The position numbers and the translations under genes were made by a program. From positions 27,220,001 to 27,284,000 of the forward strand of contig NC_058368.1 in the NCBI RefSeq assembly GCF_018350175.1: 64,000 bases of DNA. The letters run 5' to 3'. The stretch is from Felis catus (lineage: Eukaryota). Of this stretch, positions 50,066 to 62,690 are shown piece by piece. Numbering within the stretch: the first letter of the stretch is position 1; every line of letters starts with the position of its first letter. The notes under the pieces are model-generated. The model worked only from the letters and a program-made list of their open reading frames with translations. It had not been told where the DNA came from and did no database searches.

Positions 50066-52794
50066 CATAACTCCAAACATTTACCACTTGTTATTTTCAA
50101 GGTGTCTTTACATAACTTGTCAGAAGGTTTTTGAGTCCCCAGGCACCAGCCTTGATGTTCAGAGAATATTCCAGATGTCTTCTTTCTTCGGCATTTATCA
50201 AAGATCACTGTCTTCCAGTAGCCCTCCGAGGCAAATCTCCTTGGCCAGTTGTCCATTTGAGCCTCTGGAGTGCTGGTTAGCAGGTAGTAGTTGTACTCAA
50301 GGCTACCACAGCTTGCCAGACCTGAATGGAGATCACTGGGACTGAACACAGATCCTCACTCTGAATGCACTCAAAGGACACACCATTCTCAGGATGGGCG
50401 TGAAGATCGTAGACCAGGAATATGGAGCTGTGGCGTTAAGGACAATTTGGCACAGCCTAGACTCAAGTGAGTTTGGGAATGTGGATCACAGCGGGGGCAG
50501 ATTAATCCGGCAAGCCAGGGTGCAGGGTGAGGCAGAAGCTGAATTGGGCTAGTAAATCATAGAAGTCCTAGTGACTGGCTGGAAGGTAAGGACTGAAGGC
50601 AGACCAGTGACGGAGGTCACAGAGAAGCAAGCGGTTTAGTGAGAAGAGATCAAAGCCGGTGAACGGGGCAGGTGAGTTGTTACAGCTGCCAGCCCAGCCA
50701 GTATTTGAGAATTCTGAAAGGTAAGCATCGCTGGGAGGGGTTCAACCATCAAGAGAATCAGGCTTAAGTATAATAAGCAAGAAGGAAAGCCTCTGCCGCT
50801 GAGAACTTGGTCACAAGATGTGAAACGTGCTTCTAGTAATCTAGGTCACAGGGCTGTGGGCAGGAGAGGCAGCATGATGGAGAATTTCTGCGTTCGGGCT
50901 CATTATGTTCTCTCAGCCCAGACATCATTAAGACAGCGTCTGGCACGCAGTAGATACAGCGCAAGTATTCCGCTGAACGGACCTGGCGTCTGAGAGGGAG
51001 GCAGGTTAGAAAACAAAGCGATTTTTACACGGTGATGTAAAAACTAAATTGCCCCTGCACTTCGTGGAGAAAAAGATGCACAGGAGGGTTCAGCACGTGG
51101 GGAGGAGGATGGTTGGTTTAAATGACACGTGCATCGTCCCGGTATTTGTGTCGGTTCCCTCCCTCGCCGTCTTTACTGTGAGATGGTACCGAGTCAGAAG
51201 AGGGACAGGATGATGCACAACCCGGGGTGTTCCAAGAGCATGTTAATGATCAGACGTGCTTTCCTTGTGGGAGCATTTGGAAAGAAAGAAATGAAAAGGG
51301 AAAGGTGAAGTCATTGAAACCCTGCCAAGCTCCCAGATTTTGGTCTGCGAAAATCTCAGCGAGCTGCCAGAAGGTGGCTGGATGGTGCACGGCACGCCCA
51401 GAAGCTCTTCTCGTCTTCCATGAGGAAGGTACTGCCTTCTGATGGCCATCCCCCGAGGCTCTTCTGTGTCCACGGCCGTAGCTGCCAGTAAAAATGATAG
51501 GAAAGATGATTCTGTGCACCCTTACTACAAGCCCCATTGTGCTTGTGTTGTACATCACACCTCAAAGTTGCAAAACCAAGTCTTTTCAAAAATGTCCCAT
51601 GTCACCAAGGTGGGTCAGTGGGATCTAACGAAGACCACCCGGCAGCCTTCCTGCCATCGGCCACGCTGCACCCTCAAGCTCTGGTCCTCACTGCGGACTC
51701 CTGTACCAGTATTCCCTGTTTTGACACTAGATGGGGCATTGTTATTATTACAGCGGCTCTACAATGTGAATATATAAAACCCAGGAGGATGAAAACATTT
51801 CTATAACATAATATCGTGCTACTGAATCAGAGAGCATTGGATGAGGAAACAGCCGTGAAAAGCATCGAAAATGCAAATGCTGGCTTTTCCTTTTTACCTG
51901 CGAAAACTGTGACCAGCCCATGTTCATGCAGTAAGTTAGCAGCAGACCCAAAACTGGAAGCCAGAGTCCAAGCCCCGCCTCGTGAGCCCACAGCAGCCCT
52001 GCACCGTGTCTCACAGCCTGCACACCTGGGGCGGAAGCATGAAGGTCACATGGGGCTAAGGAGTCAGGGTCTCAGCTCTCAGAAGCTGCCTTCGTTTGTA
52101 TAGGGAATAATAAAGAATAAAAGAAGACATCTCCAACGCATGTCTTCCTAAATATATTCTTCCTACAACTTGACTCTACTTATAGAAAAGTAAACAACCC
52201 AAACCAGACAGTTTTTGTGTTTAACCCTTCTGTCTGTTACACACAGGTGCACACACACACGCACTCACACGTACGTGAAATATGAATGAATTAGCTTCAT
52301 TTCCTAAAATGGGAATAAGCAAAATGTTACCAATTGTGTTTAGGTTCTAGCTAACTAAATTTCCCTCAGGTGTTTAAACTCTGGTGTAGTTAGCTTCTGG
52401 GCCCTCTGAAAACCCAGCAAAGTCCTGTCCTCTTCTTAATCTCTCGGCCACTAACCAGCCATTCTCCCTTGAGCACTCGAATCCTCTGGACTTGGCGCCG
52501 TTGTGTAGAACCCAGCTAATGACGGGGACTTCTCAGAACTCCTTTCCCTCTCCAGGTCTGCCCGACCTTGCTCTCCCCCCTCACTGTCCCCTCTGGTGCA
52601 GAAGAGGGACATGATACAAAACGTGAAGGCTTCACCTCCGCTCAAGGTGCCAGTGTGACTAAATCACTGAAAGGAAATTCTTCATTTCTCCTTACTCTCC
52701 TCCCTGCTGGCCAATAGGTCCTAGCACAGAGCAGAACTCTTACAGACCCTGTAGGTGACAGCACTTTGCAGGCTTTTTTCTTCACAGACCCTTG

Positions 52795-53780
52795 TTTTCA
52801 TTATATAAGTTCAAGTTAGTCAACATGTAATGTAGTATTAGTTTCAGGAGTAGAATTCCCGATTCATCATTTACATACAAAACAGCCAGTGCTCATCCCA
52901 AGTGCCCTTCCCAGTGCCCATCACCCATTTAGCCCATCCCCCCCCCCACCTAACACCCCTCCAGCAACCCTCAGTTCTCTATATTTAAGAGCCTCTTATG
53001 GTTTGCCTCCCTCTCTGTTTTTATCTTATTTTTCCTTCCCTTCTCCTGTGTTCATCTCTTTTGTTTCTTAAATTCCACATATGAGTAAAGTCATATGATA
53101 TTTGTCTTTATTTAACTGACTTGTTTCGCCTAGCATAATACACTCTAGTCCCATCCGTGTTGTTGCAAATGGCAAGATTTCATTCTTTCTGATTGCCAAG
53201 TTATATTCCATTGTGTGTGTATGTGTGTGTGTATGTACATACATACCACATCTTCTTTATCCATTCATCATTCGATGGACATTTGGGCTCTTTCCATACC
53301 TTGGCTATTGTTGATATTGCTGCTATAAACATGGGGGTGTATGTGCCCCCTCCAAACAGCATATCTGTATCCCTTGGATAAATACCTTGTAGTGCAATTG
53401 CTGGGTCATGGGGTAGTTCTATTTTTAATTTTTTGAGGAACCTTCATGCTGTTCATACTATTCATACTATTCTCCAGAGTGGCTGCACCAGTTTGCATTC
53501 CCACCAACAAGTGCAAAAGTATTCCCCTTCCTCCACATCCTCACCAAGATCTGTTGTTTCCTGAGTTGTACATTTTAGCCATTCTGACAGGTGTGAGGGG
53601 ATATCTCATTGTGGTTTTGATTTGTACTCCCCTGATGATGAGTGATGTTGAACATCTTTTCATGTGTCGGTTGGCCATCTGGATGTCTTCTTTGGAAAGG
53701 TGTCTGTTCATGTCTCCTGCCCATTTCTTCACTGGATTCTTTTTTTTTTGGGTGTGAGAGTTTGATAAGTTCTTTAGAGA
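52795..53780 (-). mobile_element. Carnivore-type L1 3' end (ORF2 C-terminus plus 3' UTR)
   Basis: ORF 53541-53732 ([33 protein letters not shown]...[13 protein letters not shown]) is L1 ORF2p. The 3' UTR motif cagtgctcatcccaagtgccct is carnivore-L1-like. Confidence 0.92.
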
Positions 53781-54179
53781 CTTCTGTACCCTACCATTTC
53801 ATCAAATGTAGCAGACCCGCTTTCTTGAAGAGATGAACTTGCATTTTTAGCAGACCGAAAAGGTATGATTATTGCAGTACACCTTTTCTCTTTTCAGTGG
53901 TAGCACCTCTCCTCACAGGCCTATAGCGCTGGCTCTGTGTCTTGCTTCTGTTACGGAAAGATTCTCACTTTCTCTGTTCATGCCGAGCGACCGTCAGTCC
54001 TCTGCCTCTTATTACGCGTACTTCTTAAACATCTAGGGCGCATGGGAGAAGGGCAGGCTGGTGAGAAAGAAACCATCCAGTTTGTGATCTCATTTCATGT
54101 TAGGCTTTGCAACCTTAACTCTTTTTGAAGTGAAACACTTGCAAAAGTCTGATTTTTAAAACTTGGCATGTATGGGCTG

Positions 54180-54500
54180 ATTTGTTTCTTCCAACTTGGA
54201 ATGCTCTCGTCCGCTGCCTGGTCTAATCTTACTCATCCTTTAAGACCTAGCTCAAATGTCATCTCCTCTGCTGAGCCTCTGCCCACCCCCCACCCCCATG
54301 TCCCCTTCCAGAATCCTCACTCTCTATTCTGTACTGCCAGAGCATTTTATTCCTACCACTGGAAGACAGTCCCAGTACATTACAGCCACTTATCTGTGTG
54401 TCTGTCCTGCCAGCCCAGCTGTGGGCTCTTCGAATAGCAGGAACTACAGACCGTGCCTGATTTGTCTCATGTCACCTGCTCAGAGGATAGTGGATGACCT
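54180..54500 (+). mobile_element. L2 fragment
   Basis: ttggaatgctct...actcatcctttaagacctagctcaaatgtcatctcctctg. Confidence 0.6.
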
Positions 54501-54548
54501 TCATCCATATGTAGGGGATTGGATGAAATTATGGCAGCATCAACTCTT

Positions 54549-54760
54549 GTAAACGATTTTTAAGTTTATTTATTGATTCTGAGAGAGAGCAAGCAGGGAA
54601 GGGGTGGAGAGAGAGAGAGAGGGAGAGAGAGAATCCCAAGCAGGCTCCGTGCTGCCAGCACAAAGCCCGACGCAGGGCTCAAACTCCCGAACCGTGAGAC
54701 AGTGACCTGAACCGAGATCCAAAGCCGGACGCTTAACCAACTAAGTCACCCAGGTGCCCT
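54549..54760 (-). mobile_element. CanSINE
   Basis: TSD cagc(a/g)tcaactctt at 54535-54548 and 54761-54774. Confidence 0.95.
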
Positions 54761-57179
54761 CAGCGTCAACTCTTTTCACGTAAGAATTCTGAGGTTTACG
54801 AAAATGTATCAAATAAAAGTGTACTTTAAAACCCGTAGTCTTCTGAAATTTCCTGAAGTTCCCAAAGTGTTAAGTTTTTTTTATATTCTTTTAAGAGGAG
54901 AGTGTTATATAAAGCTAGGCATACAGTACTTACGCCCATGAGGATACTGGTCATTGATTTGCTTACCACGTCAGAATAGGGTAGGAATGTTAGTCACAGA
55001 TTCACTTTGCTTTACGTAGAAGACTACACTGGAATAATTTGTATGTAAATCTAATGTATGTAAACCAAATTATCTATAAAAAATGCACTAAGGGAATAGT
55101 TTGAAGAGAACATTTCTTTTCCAAGCGAAAAATATTTACGTAAAAAGGATAATTACTGAATTTATCAGGGAATTTGCCTGTTGTAGAGAAGTATTTTTCC
55201 TAGAATGATAAAGGCGCCCCTGTATTCCAGTCACAACTCATCTGGGATTAATTTCATGCTTTTCTATAGTCTATTTAAAACACTGGACTTACTCCTGAGA
55301 AAATTTTAAATTTATACAACAGATACTCTAACTACAGTGAATAACTTTTCTTACTCTCATAAAAGTGGTATGTATTATGTATTATTTCAGGTTCAGTTAA
55401 TAAAAAATTTCCTGCATGGGCGTTTCCTGATTTTAACACAAATCTTATTGGAAGGAGTCAGTATATCATACCTTTGATCTGCAGGAAGAAATGGGGACAG
55501 ATCCAAATGAACGTTTGTGCAGATCCAAAATTGAGATGCTGGTCGCCCAAAGAACCAAAGATGTTGTGCTTAGCACTGAGGTTTTATATGAGTTTTATTT
55601 AGATGTTTCCATTTTTCTTTCTTTTTTCTTTTTTTTTTTTTCTAGATTGGCCACAAGGGAGTTGAAAAGAGACAGGGTCTGATGTTGTAGTGGTGAGAGT
55701 TGATAGGGCCACGAGGGAGTTGAAAAGAGGGTCTGATGTTGTAGCGGTGAGAGTTGAGAGGGAGTGACTCAGTCGGTGTCCCTTTGCATTCAGAGCACAG
55801 GGCCACCACTGCCTCCTGTTCTGTCTCACAGCAGAGGGCACAGTTCTTTAATAATGCACTCGCTGGTTGGAAAAATAATATTCTAGCTTCTGGAACCATG
55901 TGTTTAACACATTCTCAGCAAATGCCATGTGGCAAACCTAGTGCTTGTAGACTGGGGTTCTGCCGCGCATAAATAAAACACCGGGAGTGTTGACCTTTCT
56001 CAGTAAACAATGCAGAAATGTTGAGTACCTTTAAAATTCAAATGCAGCTTTTAAAATGCGTTCTCATTTTCACGGACAGCTGAGACCTGCTGCACTAATC
56101 TGAGGTCTGTGAAGAGCTTGGGAATCAGTCAGATTCTGTTCATCTTTGCTTGTTTTAGCCCCATGTGTGGACGCCCTGGGGACTGCTCTGTTCAGTTCCC
56201 CCTCCATTTACACGTTTGATTCCCCAGGAGATCTTCAGCGGGTCGGAGTATTTGTCTTGCGAACATCGCACTTGGGCCAACATAGATGCCTCTACCCAAT
56301 TTTAATTAAGTAGTAAAGCTGATCTTTATTAGAATTTTACTTCAAACATAGATCTCCCCCTTCCTACTCCTACTTTAAAAAAAGGTTTTTTATTGGCTAT
56401 GTCTTTTCTCACTCCTAGAAAATATCTTAGGAGAAAACACCCACCCTACTGTGAGATCTCATCCAACTTTTATCACTGGTCCTTGGGATCAGAGCACCCA
56501 AAGCCACGTGGCTGCCTGGAGATTGCATTTACCCAAAGGAGACCATTACTAGCAGACCGGCCATACTGCCTTGGGGCAGGTAGGTTCTGGGCCAGGGCCT
56601 CCAGGTGGGAGACCTGCGCCTGACCTATTCCACTGGATTAAAAATTAAAATCTGTTTAGAAACAAGCTGCTCACTTATAGCCCGGAGCATCTAGCAGTAT
56701 TCACAGGTTAATGAATGTGATATAAGGGAGTAGTGTTTCCTTCCTCCTTCCCCCTTCCTTCAATCTCCACCCGCCCCCAGCCTTTTTTTTTTTTTTTTTT
56801 CCACTTCTCTTGTGTATCCGCTTTCCTATTAGGGCAATGAAAATAACCATCAAAACTCTAATAATCTGAGCTCAGATACTGATTTGGAAAGACATACAGC
56901 CTTTGTAAGAAATGACATGTAAATTTAGCTCAGTGTAAGGTAATTTTCAGTCCGTTAACTAGAGTCTGTAGTTAACAGAGAATCCTCTTTTGATTATAAC
57001 TGTTCAGGGAAAATTGCAAATAATATAAAAACAATTTCCATCATAAAATGTAGCTAATATCCTGATGCGATATGGAATTATTCCAGTTTCTTAAGCCTAC
57101 ATTTATGCATCCAATACTACGTATTGCCAACTGGTCTTCAGAATGATGCTCTGAATACACCAAAAATATCAAAAATGAA

Positions 57180-57405
57180 TAGGACAGTTCTGCCGTTTTT
57201 TTCTTTTTCTTTCAAAACCGTGACACTTTTTGAGTACTGGTTAGTTATTGGCAGGATATCTTTGATACGGGTTTGTCTGATCTCTTATGATTAAATTGAG
57301 GTTACACAATTTGGGCAAGGATACCACAGAGGGGCTATGCCCTTCTCAGTGTCTCATATGAAAGGGCATATGAGGTCAGTATATCTTATTACTGATTTTA
57401 ATATC
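57180..57405 (-). mobile_element. L1MC-like 3' UTR fragment
   Basis: gggtttgtctgat...atgattaaattgaggtta...ggcaaggataccacagag...tgcccttctca, homologous to 4780-4960. Confidence 0.65.
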
Positions 57406-58444
57406 TTTTGCGTACCGTCAATGGAAACAATATTATTTTCTCCTTAGTAAACTAACCAAATTATATCATTAGCCAAAATATAGTGCTCTGTTGTTCTCAT
57501 GATTGAGGTTTACATTTAGTATTTTAATAAAACTGTGCTTCTATACCTAGAATGTACATTTTCACCTGGATCAAGATGATGCTTCAGCGATTTTTTTTTT
57601 TTTAATGGACACTTTTTTATAGTATTCCAGTTCCGGGCGTACATCTCCAGTCACTCTGATTTCTGGTTTGCTGTTGTGACAGTTAGATGAGCTGACATAA
57701 ATGAAGGTAACAGCAGATAGTAGGTGCCTGGCAAATTGTAGGTAAAGTAGAATTCTGATTTTGATCATTTTTGTGCAGCAAACAAGCAAGCAAACAAACA
57801 AAAGACTCACATTCAGCCCCAGGGCAGTCAAATGGCCCAAAAATGTCATGAGTTAGTTGAATTGTAACTACCATCAGCCACTGTTTATTCAAAAGTATAG
57901 AAGCGTATTGACCACAATTGGTGTAGGGAGTTTTAACATTTCTGGATCTTCACGTTGGCCACCTGTTTCTCCTTCTTTTACTGCTCTGCTAGTATGAACT
58001 TTGGATTCCCCATCCTGTCCTTCACGTATTTGTTTTGTACCGAATTGTTGGACTTGACCCGTAACACATAATGGATATGAAAGCCCCCGATTAATCAGAC
58101 CTTGAGGCTAAGGCTTCTTAGATCTAGATGAGAAACAGGACCACGGTCTAAATTATACTTCTCAGCTTCAATACTTGGGCCTGTTTCATCCTTTTAGATA
58201 TTTATTCCGTATTTTAAATTTGATTTATTTTATATAAGGAGCTGTGTTATATAATACTGAAGTTTTGGAAGCAAAATGTTTTCTTGAGGTAAAAAAACAA
58301 TCTTAAAATGTCTGTAGCTGTGTGTGTTCTTATCATTTCTGAAACTGCTTTCTGGGTCTATAATACACTCATGGACAGGTCTGTATCTGTAGGCATATTG
58401 AAAGTGACACGATGTAGCCTAAAATTTTTCGTAAGAAAAATTTG

Positions 58445-58700
58445 GTTCATTGCTCATTTATTTACTCAATAACCTGTGTTTTTCCAGGTAAATGCTGGGT
58501 GCACAATAGTGGGCAAAAGAAACAGCATGCCTGCCTTCATGGATCTCCAGTCTAGGAGAAGAGGCAGGCATTGGGGCAAATACATAAAATGTTACAAAGT
58601 TAAAGAATGTGTTGCTAGAAGTCAGGATGGCCGCTAATAACACAAGAGATGTGAGAAGGATCCATTGAGGCAGACCAGTGATCCCTGAGCCAGTGCTGTC
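58445..58700 (-). mobile_element. L2 3' fragment
   Basis: tcatttatttactcaataa...tgctgggtgc...cctgccttcatggatctccagtctag. Confidence 0.55.
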
Positions 58701-58914
58701 TCTTCAAGACTTGAAGCCAGGGACACCATAGCATCACATCCGTGAATCCTTAAGATTGGAAAATATGAAAGGTCACGTTGCAGACTTTCCTATCAACACC
58801 GTACAGTTGAGTGTAGGCCAACCAGCTGCTTCTTCAAAAACTTCAGAAAGCCTCCCCGCCCTCCTTCCTTCTTCTAATTAATTCATCAGTTACTTATTGA
58901 CTGTATCCTATATT

Positions 58915-59085
58915 GGCTGTCAAATTTTGATGCACATCAGAATCTCCTTTGGAGATGTTTTTAAAAATGCCTGGAACCTCACATCAGATGCGCTGAAGGT
59001 TTAAAAATCTGAGGGTGGAGTCCAGATATATTTACAAAGACCTCCTCGAGTGACTCCAATGTCCTTCAAAGGCCAAGAATCACTG
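58915..59085. mobile_element. MER5-like hAT element
   Basis: tgcacatcagaatctcctttggag...ttttaaaaatgcctgg...aatctgagggtggagtccag...aagaatcactg. Confidence 0.65.
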
Positions 59086-59269
59086 TGTGCCAAACACGGA
59101 GGCTAGCACCGTTGCTATCAGGAGAATCCGATATCTGCCTGGGGGACAGCATGCTTGGATATAGAAGTTCAATAATGGAAACAATTGATTACTCTATAGA
59201 AAGCTCACAATTTCCTCCTTTGGAGCTGAACTAATATTTAACTGCTCTTGTGCCTCAGAAATCCCCTGT

Positions 59270-60023
59270 TTTTATCCACCAACCAGAAACCTGGGAATAG
59301 TTTTTGAATATTACCTTCTTGCACCATCACCTCCGTATTCCAATTGCCCGCCGAGTCCTGTCTCTCTGTCTGCAGAAATGTATCTAATCTACTCTCACTC
59401 TCTATCTCCTCTGCCACTGTTGTATCTGGCCTGGTCCCTAGTAATTATATCAGAATAGGTTAACCTCTTCAAGCTTCTCTCCCCGTGAGCTTACCTTTTA
59501 CATCACTCTAAGAATTATCATTTGATCCTGTCACTCCCAATTTAAAATACTCTATTAGGGCCCCATTGCCTATGGACATCAAACTCCCTATCATTCCCCC
59601 ACCTATATTTTCAACTTCACTCCCCGCCATTTGCCGCTTAAGCTGTAGTCAAACAAAAACACTCATTTCCGTACATGCAGTGTTCTCTTCACTTGAGTGT
59701 CTTTGCTCATAGTGTTGTTGATGCCTGAAACACTTTTTGTTTCTTGTTACTATCCCTCCAGTTTTCACCTTCAGTCATCCATAGAGAAAATCCAAAATCA
59801 CTCCCACTGGGAGAGTTGGTTGGTTCTTCCTCTCTGTCCTCTATTTTAACCCATGTTTTAATTAAAGTACGCATTTGTCTACATACATACTTATATATTG
59901 CCCTATCTGACCAGGCCAGTCTTCTTTGGCCTGAGATTTTTGTTTACCTAGAACTTAAACCCGTGAGACACAATAGGAGTTAAGTAAATATTCACTGAGT
60001 CAGTGGGGAAAAGAATGAATGAA
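59270..60023 (+). mobile_element. L2 3' region
   Basis: ccagaaacctggga..., tgatcctgtcactccc, cacaataggagttaagtaaatatt...gaatgaatgaa terminus. Confidence 0.65.
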
Positions 60024-60024
60024 C

Positions 60025-61400
60025 CTGAAATGGGTTTGCCATATCCCTTCCTGTTTGTATTCAGTCCATCCTTTGGTGTATCACTTAACTAATCTGATCC
60101 ACTTTCTGTATTCCCTTTCCTTCTAACATGTGAAGATTACCCTCAACCTTTCTCTTTTTTTCCCCCAAGTCACATAGTAAGTGGTCATTCCAAAACTGAC
60201 ACCAACTCTTTGGAATTCTAGTAGTTGTTATGAGCAGTTTCAATATTGCACTAAGTTCTCAAGGTCAATTGACCTAAGCTTAATAAAGTTGCAAACTCAG
60301 ATTTACAGGGAAGGAAAGTGGGTGGCATCTAACCTAGTATCGTATCATGTAGGTTCCAGGATTCAGCCTCACACGTGCTTCTTGTTCTGAGATTATCTGA
60401 TGGCGTCTCTAGTGTCCCTCCTCTCCCCACTGCCCCTACCGCCTGGGCTGAAATTCCACGCCCGTGTGGTTTATTATACGCTTTCCAATGAATGGGGGTT
60501 TTTTGCTTGCTGAGGGAGACCCACAAAACGGGAACTGAACAGTTCTTTCATCTTTGTTGTACATTTTTAATGGCCTTCCCCAAAAGCATTTCTATTTGTC
60601 CTTGTCCCCCTCTTCACATATGCTTAAATATGTTCTATGTACTACCTTTGGTATTTTTTCAAAATGTTCAATTTCATTCCTGCTGGGTATAGGCCTCTCC
60701 TGCATTCTTCTGAGACTTCTTCCCACTTCTGTGATGGTCTTTACTTTTGTGTCATTGTTTCCATTTATTTCTATTTCTGTAGAATCAGAACTCATCAGAG
60801 CAGTTCTTGGAAAGACACAGCAATTTCTGTAGCGGTATCCCCTTTCCTTCTAAGATTATGACTATAGAGTTATATGATCAAAATTTTATTTTTCAGAATC
60901 TCCTTTCTATTAGAGTTGATACCTCTGTGTTCATAGCATACTTACCTTTTCGCTGAACTTTTAAAATGTTTTTCACAAGTCAATGGCATGGATCCGATTG
61001 GAATTCATGTTCTCTATCCTCACTATTATGAACACCAGGCTTGTATAGTAACTTTCTTCTAAGAGTTCAGTCATCTTCGTGTTGTTATTGAGACTTTCTT
61101 TTTTGCAACTGATCCCTATTAAGGCTATTATACGGTTCTTCCTGTCCTCAAAGGTTGTGAACAGAATCCTGCCATTCTTAACATGGTTTAGTTAAATCAT
61201 TATAAATCTACGCTCCATGACTTTATTTAAAACGCTCTTAAAGTATGTATTTCATATATTTTTTGGCCTCTTGTCTAATGAATTTTCAGATTACTTTCTA
61301 TGCTATAAAAATGTGCTTTATTTTCTTTCTAGTAAAATGATGTCTTTTATTGCGCTTTGAGCAGTGAAACCTGAGTTTTAGTATTTCGTGAGTTGGTGAG
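60025..61400 (-). mobile_element. CR1/L3 LINE relic (ORF2 pieces; 3' end probably at ~58730)
   Basis: The minus strand reads tttaaaagttcagcgaaaaggtaagtatg...ggagattctgaaaaataaaattttga, resembling the CR1/L3 endonuclease-RT linker (FKKFREKIG...EILKNEIL). Stops in all frames. Confidence 0.55.
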
Positions 61401-62596
61401 TAAATGTGTATTTATAGTCTCAAGACCTTCCTGATTTCTTTAGTCTTTTGCAAAACTTACTTTAGTTTTCTGGTTGATACACTAGCATCTTTATGTAGGA
61501 AAACATTTTACTTAGGAAGCATGACTTTAAAACTTCCTTGGCATCTTTCTCCAAGCAACATTTTAGGGCGTGCAAACTAGCATTGTCACTACACAGATAC
61601 GGAGACCAAGAGCATCTGAATAACTCCACTTAAATGTAAGGTCGTGAGGAGAGACGCAGCTCGTCCGCTCAGTGGCCTCCACCCACTCTTGATTTCACAC
61701 ATTTGGGTTTATCATTTCCTTCCTGAGCTGCCGCTTTCCCCCTCTCTCTTCCTATCGAGGTATTTTTTATCCCTCAAGACTCAGCCTGTAGTTTGCTTCT
61801 CTCTCGTACTTTCTTAACCCTCCAGGTAAAAGTAACATCTTTCCTCTTTCCTCTCTCCGCACCGCACATTTCTACAGTAATCATTGGTTGCAGCATCTAG
61901 TGACTGCACCGCACATTTCTATAATAATTCTTTTAAAAAATATTGTTGCAACCTCTGATGACTGACCTCCTAGGTATCATGGAGACATAGCGTTTTGTAA
62001 ATGGAAATAAGGGTGGTTAGTAGGCACAAATTTTCCTCAACCACTGTATTAGAAAGAAGCACAGGTGACAAGACCTTTCAGAATACGAATTGCATGTAAT
62101 ATTTTGTGTGTTTTTAAAAAGAAGTGAAGTATATAGGTTGTACGAGTGACATTAGTTAATGTTTTGAAACATGTGAGTCATAATTATCCCCACACATTTC
62201 AAAAGACTGAAGCGTCCTTTTTTAAAGGACGGTATTTAGCTGAATTTGATGCTGGTTGCAGTGGTTGGTAGCTGAGCAGAGAGGACAGGTGCCAAGAGCC
62301 TATCATAGGGGGAGGCGGCTTCCCTTAGTCTCTCGTCTCCCACCTGTTTGTGGCATTGCCCTGGGATTGGGAAGCAGAGAAAGCTACGCATATTCTGTTG
62401 CTAAATGGAGTAAGTCCAGATGGTCGGGCCATGTTCCGTCCAGAAGACCACCCTGCCTCTTAACGCATCTTGGTAGTTTCTAACGTGCGATGCTGCTAAA
62501 AGTCCCGAGTTTGAAATTGCCACGGGTCCAAAGCTTTCTGGCCAGAACAATACGGCCCGCTGGTTTCTAGAGTTAGACTAACGAGAAAGAAAAACA

Positions 62597-62690
62597 GGGC
62601 ACCTGGCTGGCTCAGCCAGTGGAGCGTGGGACTCTGGATCTCAGAGCCGTCAGTTCAGAGCCCCATGTGGAGCGTAGCGCCTACTTAAAA
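62597..62690 (+). mobile_element. Short tRNA-derived carnivore SINE (no CT region)
   Basis: gggcacctggctggctcag...gagccccatgtgg...ctacttaaaa. Near-TSD aaag(a/g)aaaaca. Confidence 0.85.

Noticed and set aside
56066..56086. REST/NRSE-like cacggacagc
   Set aside because: The left half (TTCAGCACC) is missing.
62597..62690. Possible tRNA gene
   Set aside because: It has an A tail, a TSD and a decayed cloverleaf, so it is a tRNA-derived SINE.
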